In this document: piece after piece, positions 40,187 to 54,241 of the stretch
Position numbering within the stretch: the first letter of the stretch is position 1
Layout of the letters: each line of letters begins with the position of its first letter
Position numbers and translations under genes: made by a program
NCBI GenBank assembly: GCA_951406725.2
Contig: OX597819.1
Coordinates: 22,568,001 to 22,632,000, forward strand
Direction: 5' to 3'
Source: Octopus vulgaris
Taxonomy: Eukaryota
DNA: 64,000 nt
Notes under the pieces: generated by a model
Database searches by the model: none
What the model saw: the letters and a program-made list of their open reading frames with translations, nothing else
Told to the model about the DNA's origin: nothing

Positions 40187-42231
40187 CTGTTAGTAAAGAA
40201 GCACAAATAAAATGTCTCATTATATTCGGCATTTATTTAATATTGTTGCAAAATTCCTACGAAAAGCCAATCATTCAAACAATATTAACATTCAGATATG
40301 AGGCTGGTGATCGCCTCCGGCATATGCACTGTCTCTCATACTTCAGTGGCCGACACTATTATTACGTGTAAAATACAGAGGTAAATGAATGTCACAGTGG
40401 CCTACCGGTAATACTGGGGTATTATGTTGCTGTTGAGGGAAGTTATAACGCTGTGAATGACATATAGAAGTACTTAGCTTAGCGTCGCATGTTACAGAAT
40501 AAATAAAAGAATGTCTAATTTGCTTAGTAATTAATATTCTTTTCTCCTCTAGGCACAAGGCTCGAAATTTTGGGGGCTGGAGCCAGTCGATTATATCGAC
40601 CCAATACGCACCTGGTACTCAATTTATCGACCTCGAACGATGAAAGGCAAAGTCGACCTCGGCTGGAGATTACATATATTCTGAAAGCCTTGATACAAAA
40701 ACAGACAAACGTAGCTGTCAGTTTAACGTTGCAATCGCGATTACACATTGGAATATATTCATACACTTATGTAGACTTGTATACAGATAGACAGATATAT
40801 TCATAGATACATGAATATACGCACATATACCCATGTAGACATCAGTGTGCATAAGAATATCTTCATATGGAAGGTAATATATACGTAGCCAGTAACTAGG
40901 TCGTTGTTGTGCGACAAATATCCTGAAGTTTCATCAATTAAACTGAATTTGGCTTTAATAGCCTTTTTGCGTTAGTAATTAGGTAGAAGAATTCGAAAAT
41001 GCCAATTATAATGTATAACAACAAAATATAATGGCGAAAACGTAATTCGAACTAGCATCAACTTGATAGAGCATTGCCGGTCACACAGCATTCGACAAAC
41101 TGCATGCAGTTCCATTTCAGTTCAACTAAATAAATAAATAATCAAATAAATGATAAAACGCGAATCCCTGGTGGGAAAATTTATAAAAGTAACGCATGAG
41201 TTGCGCGCAAATCTAACAAAAAATTAGTTTTCTAAGAAATGAGTTTTCAGTGTGAGGATTATTGCTGATACAATTGCAACTACCAAACAATACGATATCA
41301 ATCAGAAAGAAGGGCAGAAAGTCACATAGCATGCTAAGTAGGGAGTCTGCAAATTTTACTGGACCTGCTAGAAATATCAGCCAAATCTCCCTAATATCGT
41401 ATTTTATTTCATAAATGATTAGATAAGAGGGAAAGACTATACCTGAAAAAAAAGTAGTAGATGTAACAGCCACAAATAGATTATATTTTGATTACCTTTT
41501 TTCTTTACTTAATCACTGATGTAACTTACATTACAATAATAAATATATGAATAATTATTTGAATTATTTTAAAGTCATATTCCACCTATGAGATAAAATG
41601 TAATTTTACGCAAAATATTTTACGCAAAATATATTCTCGATGTGATGAAAGTGGAGATTAATTACAAGGGAAATATATTCCGAAAGACATTATAACATTT
41701 CTTTATGTCACTTTTAAGAAAAGTATATAAAAAGTTAAATTCTAAATTTGCTTCTACGCATGTAACTCACCTTGAAATCCTGAACGTGAGCTGAAATATC
41801 TTTTTTTGTAAAAGAAGAAAATAATTAGTGTTGTAAAATCTTTCAAAGTTTGCGTTTCGCACCATACAGCTGCCGTATGTTGTATATACAAATCGTAAGC
41901 ATACATTCTCAACATGAATTTCTGATTTATAGCTGTGATATAAATTTTAAGTTTACAATGACACGTTTATTGTTAGTTTTATATTAGCGTTTAACACTAA
42001 TTTATGACAATCACATGAAATGGCTTGTAACACAGGAAATTTGAGAGAAATAGGAAAAAAAGAATTGTTAATGGGGGCGGCTAAACTCCAATTAGCAGAT
42101 TCTGTAAAGGGAATTCGAGTTTATCTCGAAACATATAATCCTATGTATTATTTAAGATAGTATGGAGTAATTTCACACGAATATTGGTTGTTATTCTAGA
42201 AAGTTGAATGTTAGGATCTTTACCTTTTGAC

Positions 42232-42826
42232 CTACAGATTTAAAAAATAATTTTTCGTAACTAAACACTTTCAAACTTCGGAGACTGGTAGAATGTGTCA
42301 TATAAAACATCTTATACTCTTAGTATTTTTGAGAAAAACTTATATTTACGAAGTTATTTCACGTTAATGTTGTCCTATTTCGGTAATTTCAACCAATCAA
42401 TGACGTGTATTCAGCTGAATAAAATTACTGCTGTTGTTTCTCAACAACTTCCGGCGGTGTATATTTCGTTTGTCACTGTTATTTATGACATTGTTCGTGC
42501 GTTTGCACTGGTTTTAAGGTTTTAGGGTTAGGGTTTTAGGGTCAGGGTTGGGGCTTTTAGTGTTAGGGTTGTCATAAATAACTGACAAACGAAATATACA
42601 CTGGCGGAAGTTCTTGTTGACAAACAACAGCAGTAATTTTATTCAGCTGAATACACATCATTGATTGGTTGAACTTACCGAAATACGAGAACTTTAACGT
42701 GAAATAACTTCGTAAATATAGGTTTTTCTCAAAAATGCTAAGAGTAAAAGATGTTTTATATGACACATTCTACCAGTGTCCGAAGGTTGAAAGTGTTTAG
42801 TTACAAATTTATTTTTTAATCCGTAG
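42232..42826. mobile_element. Foldback MITE (~260 bp arms) with a telomere-like centre
   Basis: Arms are reverse complements (mirrored ORFs 42295+ and 42572-). The centre reads ttagggttagggttttagggtcagggtt. Confidence 0.88.
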
Positions 42827-43163
42827 ATTTAGATCCGAATGTTGTGTTATGAATATATATATTCTTTTATTCTTTTACTTGTTTCAGTCACCTGACTTCG
42901 GCCATACTGGAACACCGCCTTTAATCAACCCCAGGACTTATTCTTTGGAAGCCGGGTACTTATTATATCGGTCCCTTAGGCCAAATTGTTTAGTTACGGG
43001 ACGTAATCACACCAACATCCGTTGTCATGCAACGGTGTGTGGACAAACACAGATGACGCATAAATATATATAAATATTTATAACAAAGTGGAGTTGTAGG
43101 GTACCGCACGAATGGAATTATATACGAAAGAAGGTTTGAAAATGCAATTTAAAAGATGTTTAT

Positions 43164-43208
43164 TTACTTTACCGGTTTCACTCTTTGGAAAAAGATTGTC
43201 AAAAGTAA
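43164..43208 (-). ncRNA. Minimal type I hammerhead ribozyme, U3:A8 core
   Basis: ttactt-UUGACAA-tcttt/ttcc/aaaga-gt-GAAA-c-cg-GUA-aagtaa, with a perfect 6 bp stem I. Same sense as the Penelope ORF. Confidence 0.7.
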
Positions 43209-43824
43209 CATGTAGAAGTTTGGTTGCGTTAATTATTGGTTGTTACAAATTGCTACATTACATATATACAGTCTTTGGTAACAGGAACATGTTAAGGACA
43301 TAAAAAAGTTCAACAAGTTCCTTAAAATAAATAATCGTTCTCAAGGACATGCATAAGATAGCTTCCAGAAGGAATTGATATTGGTATTGGTATTGTATCT
43401 GTATATTCAAACATGCACAGAATATTGGTTGACACAGAGTACTACAATCCATATAAATATACATTATATGGTGACAAGAGCATGTTGAGAATATAAAAAA
43501 GTTTAACAAGCTCATTGAAATAATGGGCACAAAAGATTACAACAAATATATTATACATTCTCAAGATAATTTCCAGAAGGAAATATTAAAAACGTTCAGT
43601 ATACACGTACAGAATATTATGAGTTCAAAAAGATTTACATTATAATAGTAGTGAAGCCAAAACTGACCTGTCCGCTATGGTAGCGTAAAAGAATATTATC
43701 TATTTCAAGGGACACAGTAGGTGTGTTTGGTTGTGGGGAAATGGAGGAGTAATGTGGAACTGAAAAGAATTTACCCTTTTTTTGTCTCTCCTTCAAGCAT
43801 CAACGATTTAGGGGTCAGGATGGG

Positions 43825-44586
43825 GTGAGTGTGTGTGTCTTTGTGTGTGTGTGTGTATACATATGTGGTGTGACTAGATGTGTCTGTGTGTCTGTAAGAT
43901 CTGGTAGGATGGTGTGTGTGTATATGTGTGTCCGTTTGTCAACCGCGTGCGTGGTTGTCTTGGTGTTGTGTGTGTGTGTGTATGTATGTGTGTGGATGGC
44001 ATTTGGCCTGGCGCTGCGTGTGTATATGTGTGTCTGTATGGAGGTGATATTGGTGTGAGTGTGTGTGTCCTTGTATGTGTGTATATATATGTATACATGT
44101 GTTTGTGTGTGTGTGGGGCTGTTTTTGATTGGTTCCAGGGTCCGTTGTGGTGTAAATAGATGTGTGTTATTTAAAGAAATTTTAGGGGTAAGATGGTGTG
44201 TATATGTGTGCCCGTTTGTGTGTATGTGTATGTGTGTGGTTAATATTTATTAGTGTGTTGCGTGTGCATTAGTGTGTATGTGTTTGTTCGTATGTGTGTC
44301 CATGTCTGTTGGGTGTATCTGTGTGGCATGTGTGTATATGCATTTTGCGTGTGTTGGTATTGAGTATGTGTTTGTGTGTGCGTGTATATGGTGTGGGTGT
44401 ATGTGTCTTTGTGTGTATATATATATATATGTATACATGTGTTTATGTGTGTGTGTGGGCTGTTTTTGGATTGTCCCTGGGTCCATTGTGGTGTAAATAG
44501 ATGTGTGTTTTTTAGAAATTTGGTAGGATGGTGTTTGTATATGTGTGTCCGTTTGTCAACCGTGTGTGTGATCGTCTTGGTGTTGC

Positions 44587-44624
<38 letters not shown>

Positions 44625-45750
44625 GTGGATGGCATTTGGCATGGTGCTGCGTGTGTATATGTGTGTCTGTGTGGAGGTCAGAATGCTGTGTGTGTGTCTT
44701 TGTGTGTGTGTATATATATATGTATACATGTGCCTGTATGTGTGGGGGGGGGCTGTTTTTGATTGGTCCCGGGGACCATTGTGGTGTAAATAGATGTGTT
44801 TTTTAAAGTATGCTAGGACGGTGTGTGTATATATGTGTGCCCGCCCGTGTGTGTGTGTATGGGTAATGTTTGTTAGTGTGTTGCATGTGTGTTCCTGTAT
44901 ATGTGTGTGTTCGTATGTTTGTCCATGTCCGTTGGGTGTATCTGTGTGGTGTGAGTGTATATGCGTTTTGTGTGTGTTGGTATTGAGTATGTGTTTGTGT
45001 GTGTGCGTATATATGGTGTGAGTGCATGTGTCTTTATGTGTGTGTGTGTGTGTGTATGTATACATGTGTTTGTATGTGGGCTGTTTTTGAATGGTCCCAG
45101 GGTCCATTGTGGTGTAAATGGATGTGTGTTTTTTTAGAGATTTTGTAGGATGGTGTGTATATATATGTGTGCCCGTTTGTCAATCGTGTGTGTGATTGTC
45201 TTGGATTTGTGTGTGTGTGCGCGCATACATGGTGCGAGTGTGTGTATATACATGTCTGCTTGCGCGTGTGCGCGTGCGTGTGTGAGCGTATGAATGTACA
45301 TGATCGGTGCCTGTTATGGTGCTGCGTGTGCGCACGTGCGCGTACATGTGTGTCTGTATGGGGGTCAAAACGGTGTGAGTGTGTGTGCATACACACACAC
45401 AAACACACACACACGTCTTTGTGTGTGAGGGCCGTTTTTGATTGGCCCCAGGGTCCATTGTGGTGTAAATAGATGTGTGTTTTTAAGATTTGGTTGGAAT
45501 GTGTGTGTATATGTGTGCCCGCTTGTGTGTGTGTGTTGTGTTTGTGTGTGGTTAATGTTTGTTACTGTGTTGCGTGTGTGCTGGTGTGTGTATGTGTTTG
45601 TATGTGTGTCCATGTGTGTTGGGTTTGTCTGGGTGGCATGTGTGTGTTTATGTGTTTTGTGTGTGTTGGTATTGAGTATGTGTGTGTGCGTATATATGGT
45701 GCGAGTGTGTGTGTGTGTATGTGTGTTTGTTTTGGATGGGTGCCTGGGGT
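43825..45750. repeat. Complex GT-rich tandem repeat, period ~290-350 bp
   Basis: The anchor (g)tccattgtggtgtaaatagatg recurs near 44140, 44480, 44775, 45101 and 45452. Confidence 0.88.
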
Positions 45751-47384
45751 TATGTTAGAGTATGTTTAGTTGTGGTCTGTATTTTTGAATAAGATTATTT
45801 TCCCTATTTATTCGTGTTTGGTCTGTGGTGTTGTCCGGGCATTGGTATAGTGGGAAAACTAAGAATTTTGGGGACTTATTGTGTGCACAGAGGTCTAAGT
45901 GTCCACTTAGTGGTATCTGTCTTGTGGAGGGGTCCCTCAGTTGTTGGCGGTGAACTGTCATTCTTTCTTTGAGGGTAAGGCTCGTTTGCCCTATGTAGTC
46001 TTCTACCATATGACGTAGAGTAATTTTTTTGATGCGCACGTGAAATTATTTTTTATGATGAATGTGTATCCCGACTGGAACTTGTATGTCGATCCCTCAA
46101 TGAGGTGGATGCAAGTCCTGCAGTTGGGACGACCACATTTTTTGACGGTGGGCGGTGGGTTTGTGTTGTGTAATTTTGCGTTGGTGAGGAGGTTTTTTAG
46201 GGATTTAGGCTGTCTCTTACTTTTTATCATTTTATGAGCTGCCGGTAATTTTTTTAGGCGTGGGTCTTGATTTAGCTGTGGAATGTTGTTGTATATAATA
46301 GTGTAAGCTTCTGCATTTCTTGGGTTGTGAGTTGAGAGGTAGGTCAGGCTATTTACTGTACTGTAGATGTGTTTTGGTTTTCGTAAGTCTTGAGTGTTAA
46401 TTGAGTTGGCCCGTTCTATTCCGTTGTCCACTAGTGATGTCGGTTAATGTCTTTCGAGAATAATTGCCCTTAGTTCCCGGAGTCTTCTATTTCGTGTTGT
46501 GTCATTTGAGACAATTGTGCAGATTCTTCTCGCAAAGTTGAAGGGGATATATGTCTTTGTGTGTTTTGGGTGATTGGAGGTGAATAGAAGGTATTGTTTA
46601 GAGTCAGTGGGTTTGTAATGGATATCAGTTTCAATGTTGACGCCTTTTTTAATGATTAGAATGTCAAGAATAGGAAGTTGGTCCTGACTATATTCCATTG
46701 TGAATTGAATGGGGTTATTTACACTGTTGATAAGATTTTTGAAGTCAATAAGTTGATCAAGTGTGTGGGACCATAGGATGAGGCAATCATCTAAGTAGCG
46801 TTTCCAGTTCTCCAACAGGTATTTGTGGAAAGACTGGCCGTACTTATATTTGGATTTTTCATAAATATCTGACTCCAGGTAGGCCATCACCAGGTTTGCA
46901 TAGGTAGGGGCAACTTTCGTACCCATTGCAGTTCCTGAAACCTGTCTGTAAGTGTTATTATTGAAATTCATGAAGTTATTTTGCAGAATAAATTTGAGGC
47001 CCTCAATGATGAATTCTTTTTATTATTTATTCCGGGATCTCATTGGGATATTTATCCAGCCAGAATTTAATGGCTTCCAGTCCATATTCATGTGGGATCG
47101 TGGTGTAAAGGTTTATTACATCAAAGGAAACGATTAAAGTGTCTTTATCGGTAAAGTAAATAAACATTTTTTAAATAGCATTTTCAAACCTTCTTTCGTA
47201 TATAAATATATATATATATTTATATAATTTTTTCAGAATGAGCTAAAAATCCAAGGTCTTACAGCTGTTTCCAGGATATATAACGTTGGGCTTTTATCAG
47301 CCTCCGCCTACAAAAATCCACTTATAAGGATTTTGTCGGCCCGAGGCTATAAGTAGCAGACACATGTGGTTGGGAAGCAAGCTT

Positions 47385-50300
47385 CTTTATTTCATAAACT
47401 GGCTATGGAAGCCGTATATAGATGGGACAAACAATGACAGACAAACATAGAAGGTGAAGAAGTTGCTTATTACGAATGAAATAGTTTCGAATGATAAAAT
47501 ATAAATGTCATGTTGTTAAAAAGTATATCTTACTACACTTTTAAAAATTCCAATATAAGCTTGATGACTGAAGGAAAGGCATCCAACCGCCAGGTTCGAA
47601 CCTCTACTTTTCCTTCTGGCCCAACTTACCTGGTTCCAATCACTCGAAGCTTGTTCACTACTTGCTTCCATCTTTTCGCGAATATATCTGTGACAGATAT
47701 CTCTTCTCCAGCCTGATCTTGATAACGAGGTGCTAATTAAAGAAGTTAACCAAGCCCTGGCTGGAGACGAAGGTACCTGTCATCAAACCTTTTACATGCG
47801 TCTTCCATATTGTTTCTTTCAGTATGGCTTCTATGCAAAAAACAACAAGCCTTCCTTTCCCTGTTAAGAGAAGGAGGTGTCACAATCTTGATAAGAGACT
47901 CAGCCGATAGCTGTACTCTTCCCATCGTTGACAACATATGCTCGACAAATTTATCTGTCACGATAATTCCGGACACTCCACGAAGGCGTGCAAGTTAGTT
48001 AGTTTCTCTGTCCCGCCCGCACCTCGGGCATGTCGGCGAGACGACACCTCGGTGCCTTGACAGCTGGTCTCGCACAGGCAAAGGCAAATGATAGTACTGT
48101 CAAGCCAGAGATTTCTGTTAATTATCCAGATATTCCAGCCCAAAAGATCTCCTGAACATGTTGATCAACTGATTTTCATCGAAGCCCAGGGTCTCCTCCT
48201 GGACATCGTCTGACATAAATTCCACTAACCCGCTATAGAAATCCGCAGTGGAACACTTGCTGCCGGTATTGCTCATCCAAGTTGCCAGTCCCCCAGCTTA
48301 GGTATTCGTTTGATCTATGGACCAATGTCCATTAAGGATGTCAACTGTGGAAGGTAGAACCTTACGTGCGGTAACCACACCTGTTCTCCATCCAGGTAAA
48401 GCCAGAGGTGCCTCAACCTTAACGCAAATTTTCGCATCCACAGCCAGGCATCCCTAGCACACCTTTTAGCGGTTTTTGGTAGTAGACAAAGCGCTTCACA
48501 AATGGCTTTCCTCCCTTCCACAAAAAAACGGAAGAGGATTCTTTCCAACTTATTCAGCCACGAATCAGGGCAAAGCACAACGGTTAGGCGGTAGGTGATG
48601 ACATGCTATGAACATCTGCCTGGAATAGCGCAAGTTTGTGCCTTCCCGACAAGTCTGTCCACAACACGCACCAACCTTTTTGCTAACACCTTGGCCAAAG
48701 TCTTTAACTCTGTGTTTAACAGAGCTATGGGCCGAAAATTACATATGATATCCCCCGTGCTCGGGTCCTTTCTGATCAATGTCACCACCCCCAGCTCACA
48801 GATCTGAGAATTCTACCATTCTGCTGCCAGTTGGCGTAGACGCTGGTCAGTGGGTGCCCAAACAAGTCTGGCATACCTTTGTAAAACTCATAGGGCAGAC
48901 CCGGCGATTTGTCCCCGGAGCACTCGGATAGCGCCTTGATCACCTCCGAGGCTGTAATCGGCCCCGACAGCACTCAGCTTCTCGTGGCAAGAGACGCAGA
49001 CCACCAGCCAGGAAGTCCCGTAAGGTCTCACCATGGTCTAGCGTCCCACTCCTCCCGAACAACTCGGCGAAGTGCATGTAAAATGCATCACACATCTCCT
49101 ATCCTTTGACCAAACGTCCATCTTCGCCTATCAAAGTCTTGATTATGGCCACCCGGCAACATTAATTCCCTCGCGGCCCAATTGCACGTACTTTAGCCCG
49201 AAACCTGCATCCCTCATGTTTGGTTTTGAGGTGACGGTCCAATGCCGTTCTCGCTGCCAAAATTTGGGATACAGAGCCAAATGTCAACGCCGATTCTAAA
49301 GCCTTAAGGAGATTCCCTTCTATCTTAGCCTTATCTAAACTTAACTGACGGCTAAATCTAACAGACTCAAAACGTATGGCTATTTTTCGGTCAAACCACC
49401 GCCGGTTATTCACCTCGGTGCCGGTTAATGCTCTTTTCACTACCTCCTTAATCCGTCACGGTATGTCTCACAAGCCAAATTAGACTTATTCAGCTTCTAG
49501 TAGCCGGATCCCTGCCTATAGGCATTATGTTCAGCCTACACAGTGGACAGCTAAACCTAGACTTATTTAATCCTTATAACTATCCTGTCTATGTAAAACT
49601 TGTGCTTCCCATCGCCATTCATCCAGGTCCACACTGCTACGCTCGAGTTCTCAAGTTTGTAACGACCTACCATTGTCTAGAATGGTTCTTGTGCATAGGA
49701 TATAACATTGTGGTGTGGCGCTATCATATCCTTAGTGCATTGTATTTGTCCTTTGAGTCGAACTCGACCAAAATTCGTCTTTCGACTGTTTTTTTTCTGG
49801 GACGGTTGGGTGGGTTTTTTTTAATATTTGAATTGTATTTTCCGATTTTGTGGGGGATGTGGACGGGGATTGTGTCAACGTTCTTTTGGTCGGGCCTCGA
49901 ACAACAGTGTACTCCTCTTGGACTGTCTCCATAGTGTGTGTATGGGTTTGGGAGCAGTTTTTTTGTTGTTTTGGTTTGTGAGGGTTAGGTGTATGTTTCT
50001 TCACAGGAGTTTGGGCCTTTACATTCTCTTCCTTTTTTCGCGTCGCAATCAACACTCATGTGGCCTTTTCGGCCACATTTAAAGCATCTGGGTCTTTTTG
50101 CCCTCCACATGAATTTTGAGAGCTATGTCCTCGCCCACAAGCACTCCGTCGGAAATCCTTTCTATGTCTCCTGGTGCCGATTGAATGATGGCTACAATGC
50201 TCTGCCCGAGCCAATTTTGGGAGCAGAGCGTGTTACTTGTAGGATATTAATTTTATCTTCCCTGTGAAACAACAGGACGGTCTCATCCACGCGGCATCAA

Positions 50301-50811
50301 CCTCCGGTGGTACCTCTATTACTCTAACACGGGATGTGCGTCGCTCCTTTATAGGTTCGCAGGAGGACCACTTTCTTTGTCTTCAACGGGTTGACAGCCG
50401 TCTCTGTTGTTCTGAATCTGGCTTCTATTGTGCCAAATTACATTCCTCCTGTTATATAACTAATATCTTTCCATATGGGTGCCAGGCATTTTTCAGTTTT
50501 ATTCTGTTCCATATGTTTCCTTTTTTTCTTCTAGGTAGAACGCTTTGAATATAATTGTATTTTATCTCTTCTGTTGTGTTGGTGGGAGGTGATATTTTTA
50601 CTTCACCCTCCTCCTCTGTCATTTTTTAAACATTTCCTGGAGTTCCCCAACTGGGATCTCCAGATTTTCCATCCGAACAATTCAGGCCTTCACAGCTTTC
50701 TGCCCGGCGCCCCTCCATTAAACAAAAGGGAACACGTCATACTGCTAAGACAACCAAACAAGACGCATGTTATTCCCAAGACCGCAGTGGAACTAAACAA
50801 AACGCTATGCC
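47385..50811 (-). mobile_element. Tx1/L1-type element A (ORF1 plus internally deleted ORF2)
   Basis: CCHC knuckle ~50055-50090, RT motifs DKSPG..LPYEFY and FRPIALLNTELKTLAKVLAKRL, and a C-terminal Cys-rich relic. Ends in AATAAAG. Confidence 0.85.
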
Positions 50812-50823
50812 GGGAGCATGCTT

Positions 50824-52494
50824 CTTTATTTCATTGGCCATAAAAGCTGTACATAGAGGGGAAAGCACAAAGTGAGGACAAAAAAAAAAATGAATGGAAA
50901 AGATGAATTTAACATAATGAAAAAATGAAATGAAGCCGTTCGACTCCATATCCGAGAGACTTCATTAAGCATGTTAATACAACCCTCTTTTTGAAAACAT
51001 TTACTTAAACTATCATTGATATTGCCTTTGTGACAGCTACTTTTCATTTTTAACACAAAATGTTTATCTTAAACTTTATAAAAATAACAACCCGTTCTGG
51101 CATTGTACTGGTGTCTATCCCCTTGACCCATCATTCATAGTCGTAGTTTTCCTCATAATTCTTTAATTTGGCATCATACAGCTTATGTACCCAGGCAACC
51201 CCTTCAATCTTGTTATATCCACTTTTATGACTCTATTCCGCGAGTTTATCTCGTTATCAAGTTTTTCATTTCCCCCATCGTTCAGTAAAATATATCTTTC
51301 ATTACCGGGCAAGGGTGGGGAAATTTGGAGCTCTTGTGTGCTTTTGCTTGTCTTTATGTCAGGTAGGGCATGGAGAGGGTTGGTGTTTGTAAGGAGTGGT
51401 TGGGGCCGAGTGAGTGTGGGTGGGAGTCGGGCAGGTATGGGATGAGGGTCGTCATTTGCAACGTATACGCTTTTTCTTTCTTTTTTTTCTTCCCAGCCAA
51501 TTCTCATCCATTCCTTTCCTCGTTCACTTCCTCCTCCTCCATGCTGGTACTAGTTTTCGTCGGTGACGTCTCAATTTCCCCCATTCTCTTGTTTCCCTTT
51601 ATCCTTCACGGGTGGTGGAGAACAGTCCGTTCTAATGTAGCCTTTGAGGTCACATTTATAGCACCGCAGGATCCTTCCTTCCACTCTAACTCTAAGTGTT
51701 GCCTCTCCGACCGTGATGGTCTCGACCATCTTTTCAATATCCTCCTCTTGTACAACCATATCAAGGCTTTGTCCTTGCCAGTTCCTGTGGGGTGTTCTGG
51801 TGGCCTGGAGGACTACTGCCTTCTCCATGCCTAGCAGTATGGCAGCTACCAGCCAGGCTACATCCACCTCTGGGGATATTTCTTCCGCGCTAACCCTGGA
51901 AGCACGTCTCCCAATGTATACGGGTAGAAGAACCAATTCATCAGTTTTTAATGGTGTGGTTGAGTGCAGTCTGGCGATAGCTATCTCTTGAAACTGCACT
52001 TCCACTGTTCCGTACTTTCTTCCCATGGCAAGGTAGGATATCTCTTGCCAGACTAGCCGTAATGCATTTTCAACTTGTGCCTCCGACACCGCTTCTATTT
52101 TCCTTGTTGCTAACGCGTATGTCCTGTAAACAATCGTTTTCTCTTCCTTATCCTTTCAAACGTCTTTAGAGTGGGGGACAATTTCAGGGCGTTCCTCTCC
52201 CTCTTATGCATTTCCACGAACTTGCTCAGCTCTTCCAGATTTATATCTTCAATTTTTCCCTTTGCCACTGCAGTGTAATTGCTTGTTTCTATTGCTGCCT
52301 CAATCTTGTTCAAACATTTCACCATTTCTTCCTGAGACGACACAAATTCTGAAGAAGTATAATTTAAATTCTCACAGCTCATCACACGACGCCCCTCCAT
52401 TAAAGAAGAGGGAAATCGTCGCACCGCCAAGACAACCAAAAATCACGTGTGCTATTCACAAAGACAGCTGTCGAACTAAACAAAACGCAATACC
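50824..52494 (-). mobile_element. Tx1/L1-type element B, ORF1 only
   Basis: ORF 51571-52089 with RCYKCDLKGYIRTDC. The 5' end is homologous to element A and the 3' end to element C. Confidence 0.82.
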
Positions 52495-52507
52495 GGAAGC
52501 AAGCCTT

Positions 52508-53990
52508 CTTTATTTTATGAAATCGGACACGAAGGCCTTACACAGAGGGGACAGCACAAGGTAGAGACAAAAAAAAAGAAAAAAAACAGAACGAACGAAA
52601 AGAATGAATTAACATAATGAAATATTAAATGAAGCCGTTCGGTTCCACCTCTGAACGACTTCACTGAACCTGTTAATACAACACTTTTTGAAACACAATT
52701 ATTTACACCAGTTAATCACCATATTTTCTTTATTTTTTTCAGAATGTCTATGTCATATTTCTTTTGATATCGACATACCTTATCCGTTCCGGCATTATGC
52801 TGGTGTCTAGTTTTTTGACCAACCACTCGCTGTCACAATTTTCCACACACATATTTTCCTTAGAGAGCTGCGGTGAGTAAGTTTGAGGCTTCTGTGTGTT
52901 TGCACTTGTTTTTATGTCAGACAGGGCATGGAAGGGGGGGGGGGAATTTCCGTACGGAGTGGTTGGGGTAACTGGTGTGTGTGGGGGCCGAGTGGGTGTA
53001 GGCTTGGGGGGGGGGGTCATCCTTCACCATGTGTGTCCTCTTTCTTTCTCTTTTTTCCGCCATTTCCCAGCTGGTGTTTGCCTCCTCTTCCTCGACGCTG
53101 GTACTTGTCTTCGTCTGTGATGCCACATCACTTCCTTTTCCCTCCACTGGTTGTGGAACACCAACCCCTTTCTCACTCACCTGTCTCTCCTTAGACTTTT
53201 CTAGTGGTGGACAACAATCCACTCTAATGTGGCCTTTCAGACCACATTTATAACACCGCGGAATCCTCCCTTCCACTCTAACTTTCAACGTTGTCTCTCC
53301 GACTGTGATGGTCCCGAACATCCCTTCATAATTCTACTCCGCAACCAGCACAACCACATCAAGAGCCCGTCCTAGCCAGTTTCCATGGAGTGCTCTGGTG
53401 GCCCGGAGGACCACCACCCTATTATCAGTGCCCAGCAGTACGGCAGCCATCAGCCAAGCCACATCCACCTCAGATGGGCACCTCCTCTACCCGAAACCCG
53501 GAAGTACGCTTCCAAAGGTATATGAGTAGAAGAACCACTTCATCCGCTCTCAGCGGTCTCACTGAGTGCAGCCCGGCGGCAGCTACCCGTCCGTCTCCGA
53601 ACTGCACCTCCACCGCTCCAAACCTCTTTCCTCCGGCAAGACAGAAAGCCAGATTGGTCCCACTTCCCCTCCCACCTGAACCACCGACACAATCACGATC
53701 CTTCGGGCCACCACTGAGCATGTTCACCAAATTACAGTCTCCTCCACTGCGTCTCCTACAACCTCTTTGGGGCGGAGCACCTTCACCTCGCTCTCCTCCC
53801 CCAAGCATTCCCCTGAACTTGCTCACACCCTCCAGCCCCATGTCCTCGCTCCTTTCTTTCGTCGCAGCATCTCAACTCCCTACCTCCATTGCTTTGTCCA
53901 TCATCCCCAAACACTCCACCATCCCGCCCCGCAGACGACACAAAGTCCGGAGAAGGGCATTCCACAACGTCAGAAACAGAACAACTCAAT
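52508..53990 (-). mobile_element. Tx1/L1-type element C, ORF1 only
   Basis: RCYKCGLKGHIRVDC knuckle. The 3' UTR is shared with element B. Confidence 0.82.
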
Positions 53991-54184
53991 AAAACGGGTG
54001 TAAACATATACATACATATATGCATACATACATACATATATACATGTGTATATACCCGTTTAATTATCTACCACTGAGAAAAAGAAAGCACTCATATATC
54101 TCTCAGGAGTGGATATATAATTCTAAATGTACATTATTATATATTTATTACATATATATGTATACGATCGTATATTGTATATTG

Positions 54185-54221
<37 letters not shown>

Positions 54222-54241
54222 TTATGTTTCTCTCTGCGTAT

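Larger units (their letters stand above)
43080..47205 (-). mobile_element. 5'-truncated Penelope-like element: RT + GIY-YIG, CA-rich 3' region, hammerhead pLTR, inverted 5' pLTR stub
   Basis: GTAMG, RYLDD, YKPTDS, CGRPNC..C and YIGQT..LKERMTVH at 45755-47140. 47146-47205 is an inverted copy of 43115-43175. Confidence 0.88.

Noticed and set aside
41771-41790. Possible 20 nt 5' UTR micro-exon of gene B (minus; cag/...aag GTGAGT)
   Set aside because: Only splice-like signals support it, and the pyrimidine tract is poor.
43825-45750. Regularly spaced conserved anchors resembling a CRISPR array
   Set aside because: The intervening sequences are homologous GT-rich units, the context is eukaryotic, and there are no cas genes.
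53390-53992. 200 aa Pro/Ser-rich plus-strand ORF
   Set aside because: Antisense shadow of the purine-rich Tx1 ORF1 on the minus strand.
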